A DNA stretch of 64,000 nucleotides from an uncultured Nitrospiraceae bacterium (lineage in GTDB: Bacteria > Nitrospirota > Thermodesulfovibrionia > Thermodesulfovibrionales > SM23-35): positions 32,001-96,000 of the forward strand of contig CAVSHB010000003.1 of the NCBI GenBank assembly GCA_963727775.1. Direction: 5' to 3'. Positions 13,704 to 23,108 of the stretch are shown one piece after another. The translations under genes were made by a program, and so were the position numbers. Positions within the stretch are counted from its first letter, which is position 1. Every line of letters begins with the position of its first letter. Under the pieces are notes generated by a model, which did no database searches, was not told the DNA's origin, and saw only the letters and a list, made by a program, of their open reading frames with translations.

Positions 13704-15313
13704 TGGAAAAAAGAGCACTCATTGCCGTAGCACTCGCTTTCGTAATCCTCCTTGGTTATCAATACTTTTTTATTAAGCCCGCACCCCAACCCGTAACCCA
13801 AAAAGTTCAGAAACAGACTAAGGAAGAGGGAAAAGAGACCCCTGCTCCCGGGGAGACCCAACCGTCTCCTGTTACTACCCCGTCTGCGCCCAAAATGAAA
13901 AGCATACGGGCTGAAGAAAAAGAAATACGGGTCGAAACCGAACTATACTCTACCGTCTTTACAAACAGGGGTGCAACATTAAAAAACTATGAGCTTAAGA
14001 AATATAAAGATAAAGACGGCAAAAACGTTTCCCTCCTGAATAACCCGGAGATTAATCGGCCTCTGGCAATGGGGACAAAAGATGATTTTGAACTTTCGGA
14101 TTTAAGTTTCCACGTCACCGGACATGACATAACTCTTGATACAAATACCAAGTCAGGAACCCTTGTCTTTGAATATGCGGATTCGGGCTTTTCCATCCGA
14201 CGGACATATACATTCCACAATGACAGCTATAAGATAGATATCAGAGACGAGGTTGCGGGTATCCCCGACTACTGGATCACCATCGGAACTGATTTCGGCA
14301 TCTTTAACAGTAAGGATACGTCATCGCATATAGGACCCGTTATCCTCGAGGAGGCTGACAGGAAACAATTTTACGCCAAGAAATTGAACGATCCTCAAAG
14401 CTTCAAAGAAGGGCTTAAATGGATAGCTGACGAAGATAAGTATTTCTTTGCCTCACTCGTTCCGCTTACAACGATGGAAGAGGCAAAGGTGTGGAAGGTA
14501 AAGGACTCCCCGGTGGTTGCCTTTAAAGCCAAATCAGGCGTCAACAATTTTATCCTCTACGCCGGTCCAAAAGAATATGACATCTTAAAGACCCTTAATG
14601 TCGGGCTCGAACATATTATAGATTTTGGATTCTTCTCTATAATAGCCGTGCCCCTCTTCTGGGTTTTAAAAGTCTTTTACAAATTGACCGGCAACTACGG
14701 ATGGGCAATTGTACTCCTTACAATAGTCGTAAGAATACCTTTCATCCCCCTGGTGAACAAAAGCCAGAGATCGATGAAGAAGATGCAGCAAATTCAGCCA
14801 AAGGTGGCAGAGATAAGAGAAAAATACAAGAAAGATCCGCAGAAAATGCAGAAAGAAATGATGGATATATATAAGACACACAAAGTTAATCCTCTGGGAG
14901 GCTGTCTCCCTATGCTTCTGCAAATACCCGTATTCTTTGCGCTCTATAAGATATTGTTAATTGCTATAGAACTCAGGAACGCGCCGTTCATGCTCTGGAT
15001 CCAAGACCTATCCGGTCCTGACACCCTTTTCGGGCATATCCCCTTATGGTTTCCCATGATAGGGGGCTTTGCTGTCGGTCCATTACCTATACTAATGGGC
15101 GTCACTATGATAATACAGCAGAAAATGACCCCGACATCCCTTGACCCGACACAGAACAAGATGATGATGTTCATGCCGGTTATATTCACTTTCCTATTCC
15201 TGAATTTCGCATCCGGCCTTGTCATCTATTGGCTCATGAACAATATTTTCAGTATTGCCCAACAATTTTATGCAAACAAAAAACTGGCCAGAGAAGCTGC
15301 CGCTGCGTCTTAG
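13703..15313 (+). CDS. yidC: Membrane protein insertase YidC
   Basis: YAGPKEY, GNYGWAI, NPLGGCLP, WIQDLS. Confidence 0.96.
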   Translation: MEKRALIAVALAFVILLGYQYFFIKPAPQPVTQKVQKQTKEEGKETPAPGETQPSPVTTPSAPKMKSIRAEEKEIRVETELYSTVFTNRGATLKNYELKKYKDKDGKNVSLLNNPEINRPLAMGTKDDFELSDLSFHVTGHDITLDTNTKSGTLVFEYADSGFSIRRTYTFHNDSYKIDIRDEVAGIPDYWITIGTDFGIFNSKDTSSHIGPVILEEADRKQFYAKKLNDPQSFKEGLKWIADEDKYFFASLVPLTTMEEAKVWKVKDSPVVAFKAKSGVNNFILYAGPKEYDILKTLNVGLEHIIDFGFFSIIAVPLFWVLKVFYKLTGNYGWAIVLLTIVVRIPFIPLVNKSQRSMKKMQQIQPKVAEIREKYKKDPQKMQKEMMDIYKTHKVNPLGGCLPMLLQIPVFFALYKILLIAIELRNAPFMLWIQDLSGPDTLFGHIPLWFPMIGGFAVGPLPILMGVTMIIQQKMTPTSLDPTQNKMMMFMPVIFTFLFLNFASGLVIYWLMNNIFSIAQQFYANKKLAREAAAAS

Positions 15314-15373
15314 ATAAGCACCCGCTTCGTATATCAGGCTATAACATAATTTTGTCTGCGCTATACTAACAGT

Positions 15374-16765
15374 ATGTTTACCGATGACACCATCGCAGCT
15401 ATCGCAACCCCATTGGGCGAAGGGGGCATAGGCATAGTCAGGCTGAGTGGAAAAAATTCCGTTGCGATAGCAGAAAAAATATTTAGCTCATCCAAAGATA
15501 AATCCCTCCGCAATTTAAAATCGTATAGCTTGGCTCACGGCTATATACTTAACCCATTAACTGGCGAAAGGATTGACGAAGTTCTTGTATCGGTTATGAG
15601 GGCCCCTCACTCCTATTCAAGAGAAGATGTGGTTGAAATAAACTGCCACGGCGGCATGGTCACGCTGAGAAAAACATTGGAGCTTGTCCTCAAACAAGGG
15701 GCAAGACTCGCGGAACCGGGAGAATTTACCAAGAGGGCTTTTATCAACGGCAGGATAGATCTAAGCCAGGCAGAAGCGGTGCTTGACCTCATAAGGTCCA
15801 AGACAGATGAGAGCGTAAGGATTGCAGTCGAGCAGCTTCAGGGTGGCCTATCTTCAACGATAACGTCATTGAGAGACCGGCTGTTGGAAACCTGCGCTAA
15901 TGTCGAAGCTTGGATAGATTTCCCAGAGGATGAAATCGAGCCTGCATCAAAATATGTTTTATTAGGATCAATGAAAGAAATCGGCAGCGAGCTACACGCC
16001 CTGATTAAAACATATGACGAGGCAAGATTTTTCAGGGAAGGACTTTCAACGGCGATTTCCGGAAGACCGAATGTCGGTAAATCTTCTCTCCTCAACGCGC
16101 TCCTGAAAAAAGACAGGGCAATAGTTACAGAGGTACCGGGTACTACAAGGGATATAATCGAAGAATACCTGAATATCAACGGCCTGCCGCTAAGGATTAT
16201 GGATACGGCAGGTATCAGAGATGTCAATGATATCGCTGAAAAAGAGGGAGTAAAAAGAAGTCTTCAAAGCATTGAAAACGCCGACCTTGTACTCGCCGTC
16301 TTTGATCTGAGCGAGCCCCTTAGGAAGGAAGATTTTGAGGTTATCGAGAAAATAAATAACAAGGATACAATTATTGTTTTAAACAAATGTGATCTTCCTT
16401 CAGCATTCGATAAAGATATTCTAACCTCGCATCTCACGGCAAAAGCCTCACATCTCCTGAATATTTCTGCACTCAGGGGAGACGGGCTTGAGGAACTGAA
16501 AGAACAAATTTTCGAATCGTGCATGAAGGACTGGAAAGAGGAAAGGCAGGGAGTTGTTGTTACAAATATCAGACACAAGATTGCACTTGAGAATGCTCAG
16601 GCAGCCCTTAATAAGGCAATTTATGCCCTTACGGAAAATCACCCGCTTGAAATTCTCGCCCTTGAACTAAGGGATGCGCTTGACAGGCTCGGTGAGATCG
16701 TCGGGGTAATCACAACAGAGGATATCCTCAATAAGATATTCAATGATTTCTGTATCGGGAAATAG
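15374..16765 (+). CDS. mnmE: tRNA modification GTPase MnmE
   Basis: DTIAAIATP, GRPNVGKSS, GTTRD, DTAG, FCIGK. Confidence 0.97.
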   Translation: MFTDDTIAAIATPLGEGGIGIVRLSGKNSVAIAEKIFSSSKDKSLRNLKSYSLAHGYILNPLTGERIDEVLVSVMRAPHSYSREDVVEINCHGGMVTLRKTLELVLKQGARLAEPGEFTKRAFINGRIDLSQAEAVLDLIRSKTDESVRIAVEQLQGGLSSTITSLRDRLLETCANVEAWIDFPEDEIEPASKYVLLGSMKEIGSELHALIKTYDEARFFREGLSTAISGRPNVGKSSLLNALLKKDRAIVTEVPGTTRDIIEEYLNINGLPLRIMDTAGIRDVNDIAEKEGVKRSLQSIENADLVLAVFDLSEPLRKEDFEVIEKINNKDTIIVLNKCDLPSAFDKDILTSHLTAKASHLLNISALRGDGLEELKEQIFESCMKDWKEERQGVVVTNIRHKIALENAQAALNKAIYALTENHPLEILALELRDALDRLGEIVGVITTEDILNKIFNDFCIGK

Positions 16766-16881
16766 TTGCCCCCCATTGCAAATTATAAACCGCAAAATGT
16801 AAAATTTATGTTGCTTAACGTCAACATTTCTTATTTTTTGGTTTCTTATTATTTTTTTAATTTTTACTGTTTTATGAAAGT

Positions 16882-16967
16882 GCCGGTGTGGTGAAATGGC
16901 AGACGCGCCGGACTCAAAATCCGGTGGGGGCAACTCCGTGTGGGTTCGACTCCCACCACCGGCACCA
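16882..16967 (+). tRNA. tRNA-Leu(CAA)
   Basis: Acceptor GCCGGTG/CACCGGC-A-CCA, anticodon arm CCGGA-CTCAAAA-TCCGG, long variable arm, GGTTCGACTCC T-loop. Confidence 0.96.
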
Positions 16968-16982
16968 TTTAAAATCAAAGAG

Positions 16983-18083
16983 TTAGAGGCCACCTTCCAC
17001 CGCCTTTAACTCTTTCTTATTCTCCTGTGTCCAAAAAGTGTCCAATTTGAATATTCCGTTTAGCTTGTTTACCGCCTCTTGAATGTGACCTTTTGAGAGA
17101 TGAGAATACCGCATAGTCATTTTTATATCCTTATGGCCCATTAAATATTGAACAGTTCTAATATCAACGCCCTTCATCACAAGATATGAAGCAAAAGTAT
17201 GCCTTAGATCATGAAAACGGAAGTCAGTTATTTTTGCCTTTTCTCTTGCGTATTCAAATGCGTCTCTCCATCCTCTTCCACCGAAAATATATTCATTCTC
17301 AAAGCTCAAGCTTTTTACTATGTCGACAACAATCTCATTCATTGGAACCATTCTTTGAGTGTTGTTCTTACTTTCTCGTACAAAAATGCCGCCCTTTGTA
17401 TAGTCAAGTGATTTAAAGTTTGCATCTGAAAATAGCTTTTCGTCATTCGGATCGATGATGATGTCCGACCTCTTGAGCCTTTTAAGTTCTTCAGCTCTCA
17501 AGCCGGTATTTACAGCAAATAGAATAATCTTCCTCAATCGGTTATTTGCATGACTCATCAGTTCTTCAATTTCCACAGGTCTTGCCCATCGTATGCGGCC
17601 TGGAGGCTCTTTCAATTTTTTAATAGTAGCGGCTGGATTGTCCTTTAAATATCCCCACTCGATAGCCATTTTGAAAGCATGTTTCATATACTGGACATTC
17701 CGATTGACGGTAGACGATGAAACCTTATTTAATCTATGCGATTTAAACCTTTCAATCATGTAAGGGCTTATCTCTGTCAGATAAAGATCGGCTCCTAAGA
17801 ACGGAATAATCTTCGATTTAAAGGCACGCTCTTCAGTATAAGCCTCTTTCGCACATTTGTTTGTATAAGCATATTTAACGTACTTTTCAACAAAATCTCT
17901 TAGTCTGATTTTTTCGAGTTCAACAATCCCCAAGAATTCTCTTTTGTATTTCTTGACCTCAATATCCTCTAATATCTTCTCTGCAAGACTCCGAGGGCCT
18001 TCGATTATCTTCCGGATACGTCTCCCGCTCGTAGTTCTAAAGTCCAAGAGAAATTTCTTTTTGCCCAATTGGTTAATACTCAT
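16983..18083 (-). CDS. Tyrosine integrase
   Basis: TGLR, HDLRHT, MGH, TMRY catalytic motifs. Confidence 0.95.
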   Translation of the reverse strand: MSINQLGKKKFLLDFRTTSGRRIRKIIEGPRSLAEKILEDIEVKKYKREFLGIVELEKIRLRDFVEKYVKYAYTNKCAKEAYTEERAFKSKIIPFLGADLYLTEISPYMIERFKSHRLNKVSSSTVNRNVQYMKHAFKMAIEWGYLKDNPAATIKKLKEPPGRIRWARPVEIEELMSHANNRLRKIILFAVNTGLRAEELKRLKRSDIIIDPNDEKLFSDANFKSLDYTKGGIFVRESKNNTQRMVPMNEIVVDIVKSLSFENEYIFGGRGWRDAFEYAREKAKITDFRFHDLRHTFASYLVMKGVDIRTVQYLMGHKDIKMTMRYSHLSKGHIQEAVNKLNGIFKLDTFWTQENKKELKAVEGGL

Positions 18084-18282
18084 ATAATTCCTTAACCGGC
18101 TTCACCTTGGATTTTTCAATATATTTGTCCAAATCAGCTAAATCAAACTTATCGAGGCGACCAGATTTATAGTAAGGAATTCTCTTTTGAGATACCCACT
18201 TATAAAGCGTACTAACTTTTAGACCAAGGTATTCCGAGGCCTGCTTAATATTAAGTAGTCTATGCTTACCTTCTGTATGCAC
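18073..18282 (-). CDS. Excisionase-like HTH_17 DNA-binding protein
   Basis: LLNIKQASEYLGLKVSTLYKWV..IPYYKSG; overlaps the integrase start. Confidence 0.85.
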   Translation of the reverse strand: MHTEGKHRLLNIKQASEYLGLKVSTLYKWVSQKRIPYYKSGRLDKFDLADLDKYIEKSKVKPVKELYEY

Positions 18283-18303
18283 CCTTTTGCAAGTTCTCCA
18301 TCT

Positions 18304-18630
18304 CTACTTCCTGTCTTCACATTTCGATGATCTCTTCTTCTTTATGCCAACCTTCCCCTTTAACGCATCCGTTACCGCATCTATTTTCTCAATAGCCGGA
18401 AACAAGGTAGGTCCCCATGCTTCCTTTACTCCTTCTCTGACCCTCTTAAGTTCGGGATCACTATTGATCCACTTGTCGAACGCCTCTTGAGTAGAAAAAT
18501 CTCCCCGCAGTTCTTTCAACATTCCTTTGAGCATGATACTTACGAATTCTGATACGGAGAATCCCCTCGGAACATACTGCAATTGTTTGTATACATCTTC
18601 GTCAATAGATAATGTCAATTTCTTTTTCAT
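18304..18630 (-). CDS. Hypothetical protein with ribbon-helix-helix-like N-terminus
   Basis: MKKKLTLSIDEDVY start, GGAGG RBS. Confidence 0.6.
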   Translation of the reverse strand: MKKKLTLSIDEDVYKQLQYVPRGFSVSEFVSIMLKGMLKELRGDFSTQEAFDKWINSDPELKRVREGVKEAWGPTLFPAIEKIDAVTDALKGKVGIKKKRSSKCEDRK

Positions 18631-19173
18631 GTCCTTTACCTCCCAAAATTACAATAACACACTCAATACGTATTGTCAATACCTCCGTATTTATATACTT
18701 CACGTAAATATGGCATATTAGATAAACCCAGGGAAATCTCCTGCGGATCACAAATAATATGCGAATAGAATTCAAATCAGCGTAAGGATACAAGATCATG
18801 CGCAAAAGGGGGGATACGCAAAGCTCTCGCTTCTTGCGTATCCCCCCTTAAAGCGGTTACAAGGTCTTGCCAACGTGCTCTGTGTATCAAACCTCGCATC
18901 AATAAAGCAATCCACTTACCATAATCTCCTTTAGCACGATATTCGTCTTAGGGACTGTCAACCTCATAGGCCAGCAAACGGGTTTTGCCTCTAATGGTAT
19001 GATCCTCTGTTTGGATATTTCAAGGTCATACCGTTAACCCTCTATCTTAAATCCGAATTCCTTGCTAACTACTTTCTGTAAGTCGCACGTGCGATATACT
19101 TTTTAAAACTGTGGCTCATTATTGCAATTAGGCATCTTGATGTATTTGTTGGCTATGTTTACAATTAGATATT

Positions 19174-19797
19174 ATGGTATGGGAAGATCATGTTCCAAAA
19201 GATATCAAAAATAATTATGAAGTCCATGATTATAAACACGCAGCTGCGATTTTAACTCAAGAATTTCCTAATGAATTTGATGAAATATGCCAAGCCTTAA
19301 GAAAGTTTAGCTTTACAACGGAGGATGTCACTACTCCTGGTGGAAACGAAAGTCAAATCCCAAAAACTTTCTCGGATATTCTTAGACCACTCGGCTGGAA
19401 AGAAGAACAGCTTACTGCAAAAGTTATAGTTGACGGTATTGAAGTAAGTCATGACACTCACAAAGTTGACTATATTAAGGGACGAGTTGCCTTTGATTTA
19501 GAGTGGAATAGCAAGGATCAAACCTATGATAGAGACTTATATGCATTTAGAGCTTTTTTTGAATATAACAAAATAAGTATTGCTGTTCTCGTTACTCGCA
19601 GTAATGAATTAGACCCTTGGATTGAAAGTTTGGGGTCTTATATTGATAAGTATGGGAAAAAAAGAAAATATAAAGAGAAATTTGGGGCTAGTACGACACA
19701 AATGGGGAAATTATTACCAAGACTGGATTCAGGAAGAAATGGTGGTTGTCCCGTTTTGGTATTTGGTATAACGACTAAGTTAAGAAAAGGAGTTTAG
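19174..19797 (+). CDS. BglII/BstYI-family restriction endonuclease
   Basis: THKVDY.KG.VAFDLEWNSKD..YDRDL, GGCPVLVFGI. Confidence 0.8.
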   Translation: MVWEDHVPKDIKNNYEVHDYKHAAAILTQEFPNEFDEICQALRKFSFTTEDVTTPGGNESQIPKTFSDILRPLGWKEEQLTAKVIVDGIEVSHDTHKVDYIKGRVAFDLEWNSKDQTYDRDLYAFRAFFEYNKISIAVLVTRSNELDPWIESLGSYIDKYGKKRKYKEKFGASTTQMGKLLPRLDSGRNGGCPVLVFGITTKLRKGV

Positions 19798-19800
19798 GTA

Positions 19801-20466
19801 ATGAGTATCATTAGATACAATCCTATTGAAGATTTTGTTAAGTTTGTTAACAAAAGAAAATACTCGACAATATTAGCTGATCCACCATGGCAATTTACAA
19901 ATCGAACAGGGAAAATGGCTCCTGAACACAAAAGATTAAACCGTTACTCAACGATGAACTTGCAGGATATAAAAGAGCTGCCCGTTTCATTAGTTGCCCA
20001 GGATAACTGTCATCTTTACTTATGGATTCCAAATGCTTTGCTGCGTGAAGGGTTAGAGGTTATGGAGGCATGGGGGTTTAAGTATAAAACAAATATAATT
20101 TGGCATAAAATTCGCAAAGACGGGGGGCCAGATGGGCGTGGTGTCGGTTTCTATTTCAGAAATACTACTGAAATTGTACTCTTTGGATCACGAGGGCACA
20201 TGAGAACTCTTACACCTGGCAGAAGACAGGTTAATATTATCCGTTCTATGAAGAGAGAACATTCTCGGAAGCCTGATGAACTATATGATATTATCGAGGC
20301 TTGTAGTCCTGAACCTTATTTAGAACTTTTTGCCCGAGGAAAACGTAAAGGTTGGCATCAGTGGGGGAACGAAGTCGACGAATATTCACCTTCATGGCCT
20401 ACATATGCAAATCATAGCCAACAAAAAATAATTCCTTTATTCGGAAAAACAAGGAAATTATCATGA
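19801..20466 (+). CDS. MT-A70-family N6-adenine methyltransferase
   Basis: ADPPW, HLYLW, WGF.YK, HSRKP, YLELFAR, WGNE. Confidence 0.92.
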   Translation: MSIIRYNPIEDFVKFVNKRKYSTILADPPWQFTNRTGKMAPEHKRLNRYSTMNLQDIKELPVSLVAQDNCHLYLWIPNALLREGLEVMEAWGFKYKTNIIWHKIRKDGGPDGRGVGFYFRNTTEIVLFGSRGHMRTLTPGRRQVNIIRSMKREHSRKPDELYDIIEACSPEPYLELFARGKRKGWHQWGNEVDEYSPSWPTYANHSQQKIIPLFGKTRKLS

Positions 20467-20801
20467 ACCAATTCGATGACTTTTCTCAACAACTCGCTAA
20501 AGTAAAACCTATTTCATATTGGAGTTCTGGTGAAGCTGCTTTTCTTGCTCTCAAAAAAACTGTCAATGAACTTGCCAGTTCTGCCCCGAAAGATAATGAC
20601 GTGATTATTGAGGCATTCAATCTCACTGTTAGGGAAGTTAGATACATCGAACCGCATACCCTTGTTTTTAACGGTTTCGATGAACAAGGGAATAATTCCT
20701 TTGTCGTTTGTCATTTTTCACAACTCCTTGCACGTGTTATATATAAACCAAAAGCTAAAACAGAGAGAATAATCACAGGCTTTTCTACAATTACGTCCTG
20801 A
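20463..20801 (+). CDS. Hypothetical protein, DUF6173-like
   Basis: ATGA overlap with the methylase stop; Y..P..L.F.G...HFSQL...IITGF pattern recalled from DUF6173. Confidence 0.55.
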   Translation: MNQFDDFSQQLAKVKPISYWSSGEAAFLALKKTVNELASSAPKDNDVIIEAFNLTVREVRYIEPHTLVFNGFDEQGNNSFVVCHFSQLLARVIYKPKAKTERIITGFSTITS

Positions 20802-20819
20802 TATCAAAATAAAAAAGCC

Positions 20820-21668
20820 TCACTCCACTAATTTCATAAGTGCATCAAAAAACCTGCGACCATTGAGAGCCGTAAAGCCCAAGCCTTGCCACTTCCATTT
20901 GAACCCCATGGATCTATACTCAGCTTTTGCCCATCTACGAAAAAGCCGAAGCTCACGCGATGCTACACCATAAGGAGCTATCTTCTTAAACTCTTCACAC
21001 TCTATGATACCCTGCTTAACCCCCCAGAACCGGCCCACGTCCTCAAAACCTTTAGGGACTTTTGTTTCCTTATCGTTGGCCATATAGGTAACCATGTAAT
21101 TAATCATCTTTCCTACATTTTTGATCTTGTCCACATGGGTACCCGCCTTGAGGTGCTTAGGATCACCGGAGCCTACAATTTCATACCACCGTCGAGCAAG
21201 CCATTTGTAATCAACGGGTCTATCCGTCAAAAAGTGGACATGAGGAGCGTTTCTTATCTGAAAGCCAAGCCGCCACGTCCAAGCAATGCCCTTATATTCT
21301 CTTTGAAGTGACTCCTTCAAGAGTCTTATATCACGCTTAACCTTTTTACCGTCCATAGGGAAATCCGCAGGGTAACCGACTTCCAGTTCATGCGTCCAAA
21401 TCTTTTGAGAGTTACGCAGGAGAAAGCGATATCGGCGCTTTGACTTTTCGCTATAAGCTGCGATCTTACCACGTTTCTGACAATGCGTTTTCTTCTCCCT
21501 AAAATTCATATTTTCTTTAGGGTTTACAATTAACCTAAAAGCAAATTTCGCATCAGTTGAATAAATTTTAGAGGTTAATTCCACAGGAGAGTTATAATAA
21601 TATCGCACATGAGCTCCGCCCACAGCTTTGATAATCCCGATTGGCTTATTTACAATCTCAGTTACCAT
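20820..21668 (-). CDS. HUH rolling-circle replication initiator (start uncertain)
   Basis: RGKI..YS.KS.RR, FQ.R.APHVH (HUH), YM.TYM (catalytic Tyr), GRFWG. Confidence 0.8.
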   Translation of the reverse strand: MVTEIVNKPIGIIKAVGGAHVRYYYNSPVELTSKIYSTDAKFAFRLIVNPKENMNFREKKTHCQKRGKIAAYSEKSKRRYRFLLRNSQKIWTHELEVGYPADFPMDGKKVKRDIRLLKESLQREYKGIAWTWRLGFQIRNAPHVHFLTDRPVDYKWLARRWYEIVGSGDPKHLKAGTHVDKIKNVGKMINYMVTYMANDKETKVPKGFEDVGRFWGVKQGIIECEEFKKIAPYGVASRELRLFRRWAKAEYRSMGFKWKWQGLGFTALNGRRFFDALMKLVE

Positions 21669-21813
21669 CTTTAACTGTCCAAAAACTGTCCATAAGAGGT
21701 GTAAAAAAGAGAAAATTCATCCAAATTGATACGAGAAAATGGGAGGGCCTTGGTTTAAATATGCAGTTAATTTTATTAGGAAAAACTGTGATCTCTAAAA
21801 AACAACAGTCAGG

Positions 21814-21872
21814 CTCAAAATCCGGTGGGGGCAACTCCGTGTGGGTTCGACTCCCACCACCGGCACCATTTA
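21814..21872 (+). repeat. attR: duplicated 3' part of tRNA-Leu
   Basis: Identical to 16913-16971 (CTCAAAATCCGG...GGCACCATTTA). Confidence 0.95.
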
Positions 21873-21874
21873 GC

Positions 21875-23014
21875 CTACTTCTCCAGGAACTGCTTCCAGT
21901 TCATAACAAGTATATTCCCAAGCCTGTAAGGCTCATCAGCATTGCACACGACATAACATGGCACATCCGGATAGTCTTGCTGAAAAGATTTCAGCCCAGT
22001 AAGCTGCGCCGTGGTAATTGTCTTGGACCATTTGATTTCATAAGCGCCGGTGAGTTTCCCTGATTGCTCCATCAGCAAGTCTACCTCTGCTCCGGTGTTG
22101 GTCCGCCAGTAGTACAGATTAATTAACTTCTGCGATGTCTTTATCCATTTTAATGTTTCTATGATGATAAACTGTTCAAATAATCTGCCGAGGAGATACG
22201 GGTCTGAAATGGCACGATCATAACGGTTAATGATGTTTGTGACGCCATTATCGAACAGATAAAATTTTGGATGTCCTGAAAGACGCTTCCGAACACTCTT
22301 TCTCCATGGCTCAAGACGAAAACCGATGAGGGTGTCAACAAGTATTTCATAGTATGTCTTGACGGTCATGACTGCCTGCTGGCACTCTCGTGCAACTGTC
22401 GAATAGTTAACGATCTCTCCAAACTGACTGGCAGCCATATCGAGAAATCTCGAAAATGCCCCTATCTTGCGGACAATACCCTCCGCCTGGATTTCTTCAC
22501 GCAAATAAATATCGACGTATGCGTTCAGAAGATCGATTTTGTCTGCCTCTGTTTCGGCAAGAAAAACGGGAGGAAGTGACCCAAAACGCAGGAAATGCAT
22601 AAGCTGGGCATTCTTAGAGACTTCATTCCACAGAAATGGAAACAGAAACCGCTGCACCGCCCGTCCGCCGAGGAGATTTGCATAACCACGTCTGAGTTTT
22701 CTTGCGCTCGAACCGGACATGAGGAAATGTAGTGAGGTGCTGTCGATAAGATTTTGGACCTCGTTCAGAAGTTCAGGGACGCGCTGTATCTCATCGATGA
22801 AGACATGCTTTATGTTTTTCTTTTTTTCCATGACTTCTCTTCTCAAAAGTGATGGGTCTTTTGAATATTTGAAGAATTGATCGCTCAAGAGCAGATTGAT
22901 CCGATAGACCTTATCCTTAAAAACATTATTGATCAGGGTAGTTTTCCCTGTTTGCCTGGGACCGAAGAGAAAAAATGATTTGTTCACAGGCAGCTTCAGG
23001 GTTCTTTTTATCAT
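21875..23014 (-). CDS. AAA+ ATPase with DUF4143 domain
   Basis: GPRQTGKT, IDEIQ, SGSSARKL, PKFYLFDNG, EVDL..EIK. Confidence 0.9.
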   Translation of the reverse strand: MIKRTLKLPVNKSFFLFGPRQTGKTTLINNVFKDKVYRINLLLSDQFFKYSKDPSLLRREVMEKKKNIKHVFIDEIQRVPELLNEVQNLIDSTSLHFLMSGSSARKLRRGYANLLGGRAVQRFLFPFLWNEVSKNAQLMHFLRFGSLPPVFLAETEADKIDLLNAYVDIYLREEIQAEGIVRKIGAFSRFLDMAASQFGEIVNYSTVARECQQAVMTVKTYYEILVDTLIGFRLEPWRKSVRKRLSGHPKFYLFDNGVTNIINRYDRAISDPYLLGRLFEQFIIIETLKWIKTSQKLINLYYWRTNTGAEVDLLMEQSGKLTGAYEIKWSKTITTAQLTGLKSFQQDYPDVPCYVVCNADEPYRLGNILVMNWKQFLEK

Positions 23015-23108
23015 AATGTAAAAGTGTAAAGTATAATTACATTTATGTCAATAGATTTCAATGACCGGTTCTTACGTGGAATTTCGACATTTTCAAGTAT
23101 AATACACT

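Larger units (their letters stand above)
16913..21872. mobile_element. ~4.9-kb integrative element at tRNA-Leu (int, xis, regulator, RM-like genes, rolling-circle Rep)
   Basis: 59-bp perfect direct repeat of the tRNA 3' half at both ends; tyrosine integrase adjacent to attL. Confidence 0.92.

Noticed and set aside
21814..21868. Second tRNA-Leu
   Set aside because: Lacks the 5' acceptor and D arm; it is attR
23066..23082. parS-like sequence (gttcttacgtggaat)
   Set aside because: Too far from the TGTTTCACGTGAAACA consensus
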